A stretch of DNA of 64,000 nucleotides, from positions 10,106,001 through 10,170,000 of the forward strand of contig NC_086097.1 of the NCBI RefSeq assembly GCF_963921235.1, in the 5' to 3' direction. Origin of the DNA: Mobula hypostoma. Taxonomy: Eukaryota. How positions within the stretch are numbered: the first letter of the stretch is position 1; each line of letters starts with the position of its first letter. The notes below the pieces were generated by a model that was not told the DNA's origin, searched no databases, and saw only the letters and a list, made by a program, of their open reading frames with translations. The position numbers and the translations under genes are program-made. This document shows positions 61,126-64,000 of this stretch, one piece after another.

Positions 61126-63255
61126 AATTGGTGCTGACTACAAACCTGAATGCCAGAAAATATCACTAACTGCACTGACAGTTATCGGACAAAACTGTAA
61201 GAGTTAAACAACACGAGAAGACTGTCACAGACACCAAAAAATGCATAAGTACAGCGTATAGTAACAGGGAAAGACTTTCTGAATTTAAAGTTAAACTAAC
61301 TAACTGATGGCTTCAGTCGGAAAAGTTGACAAATTTCATAGTGCTAATGAAGGCTGGGAGTCATATTTCAAGAGAGTTGAACTGTATTGTAATGCCAACA
61401 ACATGGAGGAGCAAAAGAAAACCCCTACACTTCTTAGCTTAATGGGTGCAAGAACATACAGTCTCTTACACAACTTAGTATCCCCCGAAAAGACAGCAAG
61501 CAAGATGTTCAACAAAATATCAGAATCAGAATCAGGTTTATTACCATCGGCATGGGACGTGAAATTTGTTAACTTAGCAGCAGCAAGACAAAAAACACAA
61601 CTGAGTGAAAAGTCTCAAGCACAAAACAAGCAAATAAGTACAGTTTCCAAATGTAAAGCAGAATCAGACAACATGGAGTCTGACAAAGGTGAACTGTCAT
61701 GCCTAGAACTGCGTAGTATAACTGAAGCAGATCACAAAATCATCTAATCACAATAGATGTGCCTGGTGTAAAACTGAAAATGGAGCTGGATACAGGGTCA
61801 ACTTTGCCCATAATTCCAGAGGCTCACTACAACAGCCTGCTTTCTGAGATACCATTAGAGAAGACCTCAGTGATGTTAAAGACCTACACAGGCAAAAAAG
61901 TCCCTCCCAAAGCCAAACTGAAGGTGAGTATGATATATGGAGGCCAAAGACAGCGGTCAGAAATTGGTTGAATGGTTGAGAAAAATCCAGCTATACTGGC
62001 ACTCAATCAAAGCTCTCAGTGTGGCATCATAGGCAACTGAAGCCCAACTGGTGGCACTAACCAGAGACTAGCATGGCTGCTTAATACTAATCAAAAGGTG
62101 CTTGAGAAGGCAATGGATAAATAGATAGAAGACTTGGCCAAAACCCGCTTGGGATATCGGAAAGTTCAAAATATACCCTAACAGGTACCATTACACCCAT
62201 GGGACTGGCCCTCTTCACCATGGCAAAGAGTACTTATTGACTTTTCTGGGACATTCATGGACTCCATGTTTTTGATTGCTGTAGATGTTCTTTTGAAGTA
62301 GCCGGAGGTTATATCAATGAAGTCAAACAAGTCAGCAAAGACTTTCTGTGCTCTGAGGATTAGCTTCATCAGAGTGGCTTACCAGGATAAATTGTGAGTG
62401 ACAATGGACCACAATACAAGTCAGAAGATTTCCAACTGTTCATGACGAAAAATGGCATTAGACATTTCAAGTCAGCTCCTCAAGACCCAGCAATGAGTGG
62501 GTTAGCTGAAACATTTATCTAAATCTTCGAGAAGTCCATTAAAGCTATAGACAAGGAGGACATTTCTCTACAGCACAAGGTGGACAACTTCCTTTCTGTG
62601 TGTCAGAACTCTGTTTATACAATGATAAATCAAGCACCTGCAATGCTGTTCATGAACAGGAATCAGAGGTCTCGCATAGGCCTCCTGAAACCAGATCTAC
62701 GAAGAGAAGTGCAGAATAATCAGTTCAGCCAATTGTCAAGTGAAGCAGCAAGGAGCATCGAGATTGGACAGGAAGTACTCATGTGTGATTACTGAGAAGA
62801 CAAGTGGACATCCAGTAGGATAGCTACAAGAACTGGACCACTGAAGTACATGGTGGATGTTGGAGATCAGACATGGAGTCATCATGTGGACCACATATTG
62901 GATGCTCAACCAAAGAACACACCTGAGTCTATTGCATCCAATAAGACAGACACATTACAGTTACCAGACTTAACTCTCAGTGATGATCATATCGCTGACA
63001 ACAACGTGATACCAGAAACTGAGAACATTATCGTTGACAAGAGACCCGTCATTCCTAGACCCACTCCACAAGCCCAGAGGCACTATTCTGAAAGAAACAG
63101 AGTGCCACCCAAAAGACTGAACCTTGAGAACTGTGAAGCTGTTATGGACTGTTATTGTGAAAGCATGTTTATTTGGAATATGGATTTATGCAAGAGAAAT
63201 TGGATGTTTTGTACATATACAGTTTTATGGTTCATTATTCTAAAGGGGGGGGAAG

Positions 63256-63456
63256 TGTAATGTATGGATCTATATCTTTTACAGCACCCCTCCCCTTAGT
63301 GCAATGTATTGATCTGTTGCCAGTGTATGCGCTGCGATCTACCCATGGACATTGTTCTCTCTCTCACTCACATTGCAATGTGAATACACCAGTTAAAGCC
63401 ACCTCCTCCATGTGTGCTTTTATTTAGTTGATATGTAGTTGTGTACAGACACAACA
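63256..63456 (+). repeat. 3' LTR of the Gypsy element
   Basis: Follows the polypurine tract at 63242-63255; TG..CA ends; clearly diverged from the 5' LTR. Confidence 0.9.
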
Positions 63457-64000
63457 GAATATGGTACATCCATAGTGTGAGAGTATATGGAAATTCTGAA
63501 GTATGATGAGTGTGGGAGAAAAGAAACATACACAAAATGCTGGAGGAACTCAGCAGGTCAGGAAGCATCTCTCAAGAGGAATAAGCAGTGAACGTTTCAG
63601 GCCAAGACCCTTCCCTTCACTGGGAAGGAAGGGGGAAGAAGCCAGAATAAGAAGGTGGGGAGGGGAGAGGAGTACCAGCTGGTAGGTGATAGGTGAGAGC
63701 AAGTTGGAGGTAGGTGATTGGGTGGGGGAGGGAGCATGATGTGAGAAACTGGGAGGTGATAGGTGGAAGGGGTAGGCTGAAGAAGAAAGAATCTTATAGG
63801 AGAGGACAGTGGACCATGAAATAAAGGGAAGGAGGGTGGGAACCAGAAGGAGGTGATAGGTAGGTCACAGTGGAGAAGAGCGCAAGGCTTGGTCTAAAAA
63901 ATAATAAAAAGATTATTTAAAGGGAGATTCTTTATTATTGATGAGTAAGCTTCGAACGATCAGGCAATAACACAATAATTATTTCAGCAGAAATAGCTTG

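Larger units (their letters stand above)
60912..63456 (+). mobile_element. Ty3/Gypsy LTR retrotransposon, both LTRs present, RT/RNase H deleted
   Basis: LTRs TGTAAT..CAACA, PBS-like aattggtg after the 5' LTR, PPT aaagggggggggaag, near-TSD gaac/gaat. gag N-terminus (WESYFKRVELYCNAN..LLSLMGARTYSLL), protease ELDTGS, integrase PLHPWDWPSSPWQR..IDFSG..VSDNGPQ. Confidence 0.9.

Noticed and set aside
1..64000. Host protein-coding gene or exons
   Set aside because: No ORF shows recognisable non-transposon homology. Short exons cannot be excluded without alignments or RNA-seq.

Overview
Non-genic, transposon-dense vertebrate DNA. It is most likely from a cartilaginous fish (ray/skate/shark), inferred from HE1/V-SINE-type SINEs alongside abundant CR1, Rex1/Babar and Penelope remnants. 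I recognise no host protein-coding exon, rRNA, true tRNA or CRISPR array; almost every long ORF is transposon-derived. Best-supported elements: (1) a full-length, young I/Nimb-clade LINE with RNase H (41640-47000, minus) with a perfect 13-bp TSD, an intact gag-like ORF1, only four lesions in ORF2 and a 3' stem-loop; (2) a 1.16-kb non-autonomous Helitron (3296-4454) that keeps an ORF of four 23-aa STPR-type repeats; (3) a 5'-truncated Tx1 LINE with a 9-bp TSD; (4) an L1 and a two-LTR Gypsy element that have each lost their RT by internal deletion; (5) several Penelope pLTR fragments with minimal hammerhead-ribozyme motifs, including a 75-bp-arm fold-back; (6) MITEs of Tc1/mariner, PIF/Harbinger and hAT type, plus solo LTRs. 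I did not find a demonstrably new biological system. The most promising leads are the STPR-retaining mini-Helitron, the near-intact Nimb element, the hammerhead fold-back, the composite double-hairpin Tc1 element and short LINE tails patched into deletions. Family names come from motif recognition, not database searches, and boundaries of degraded repeats are approximate.
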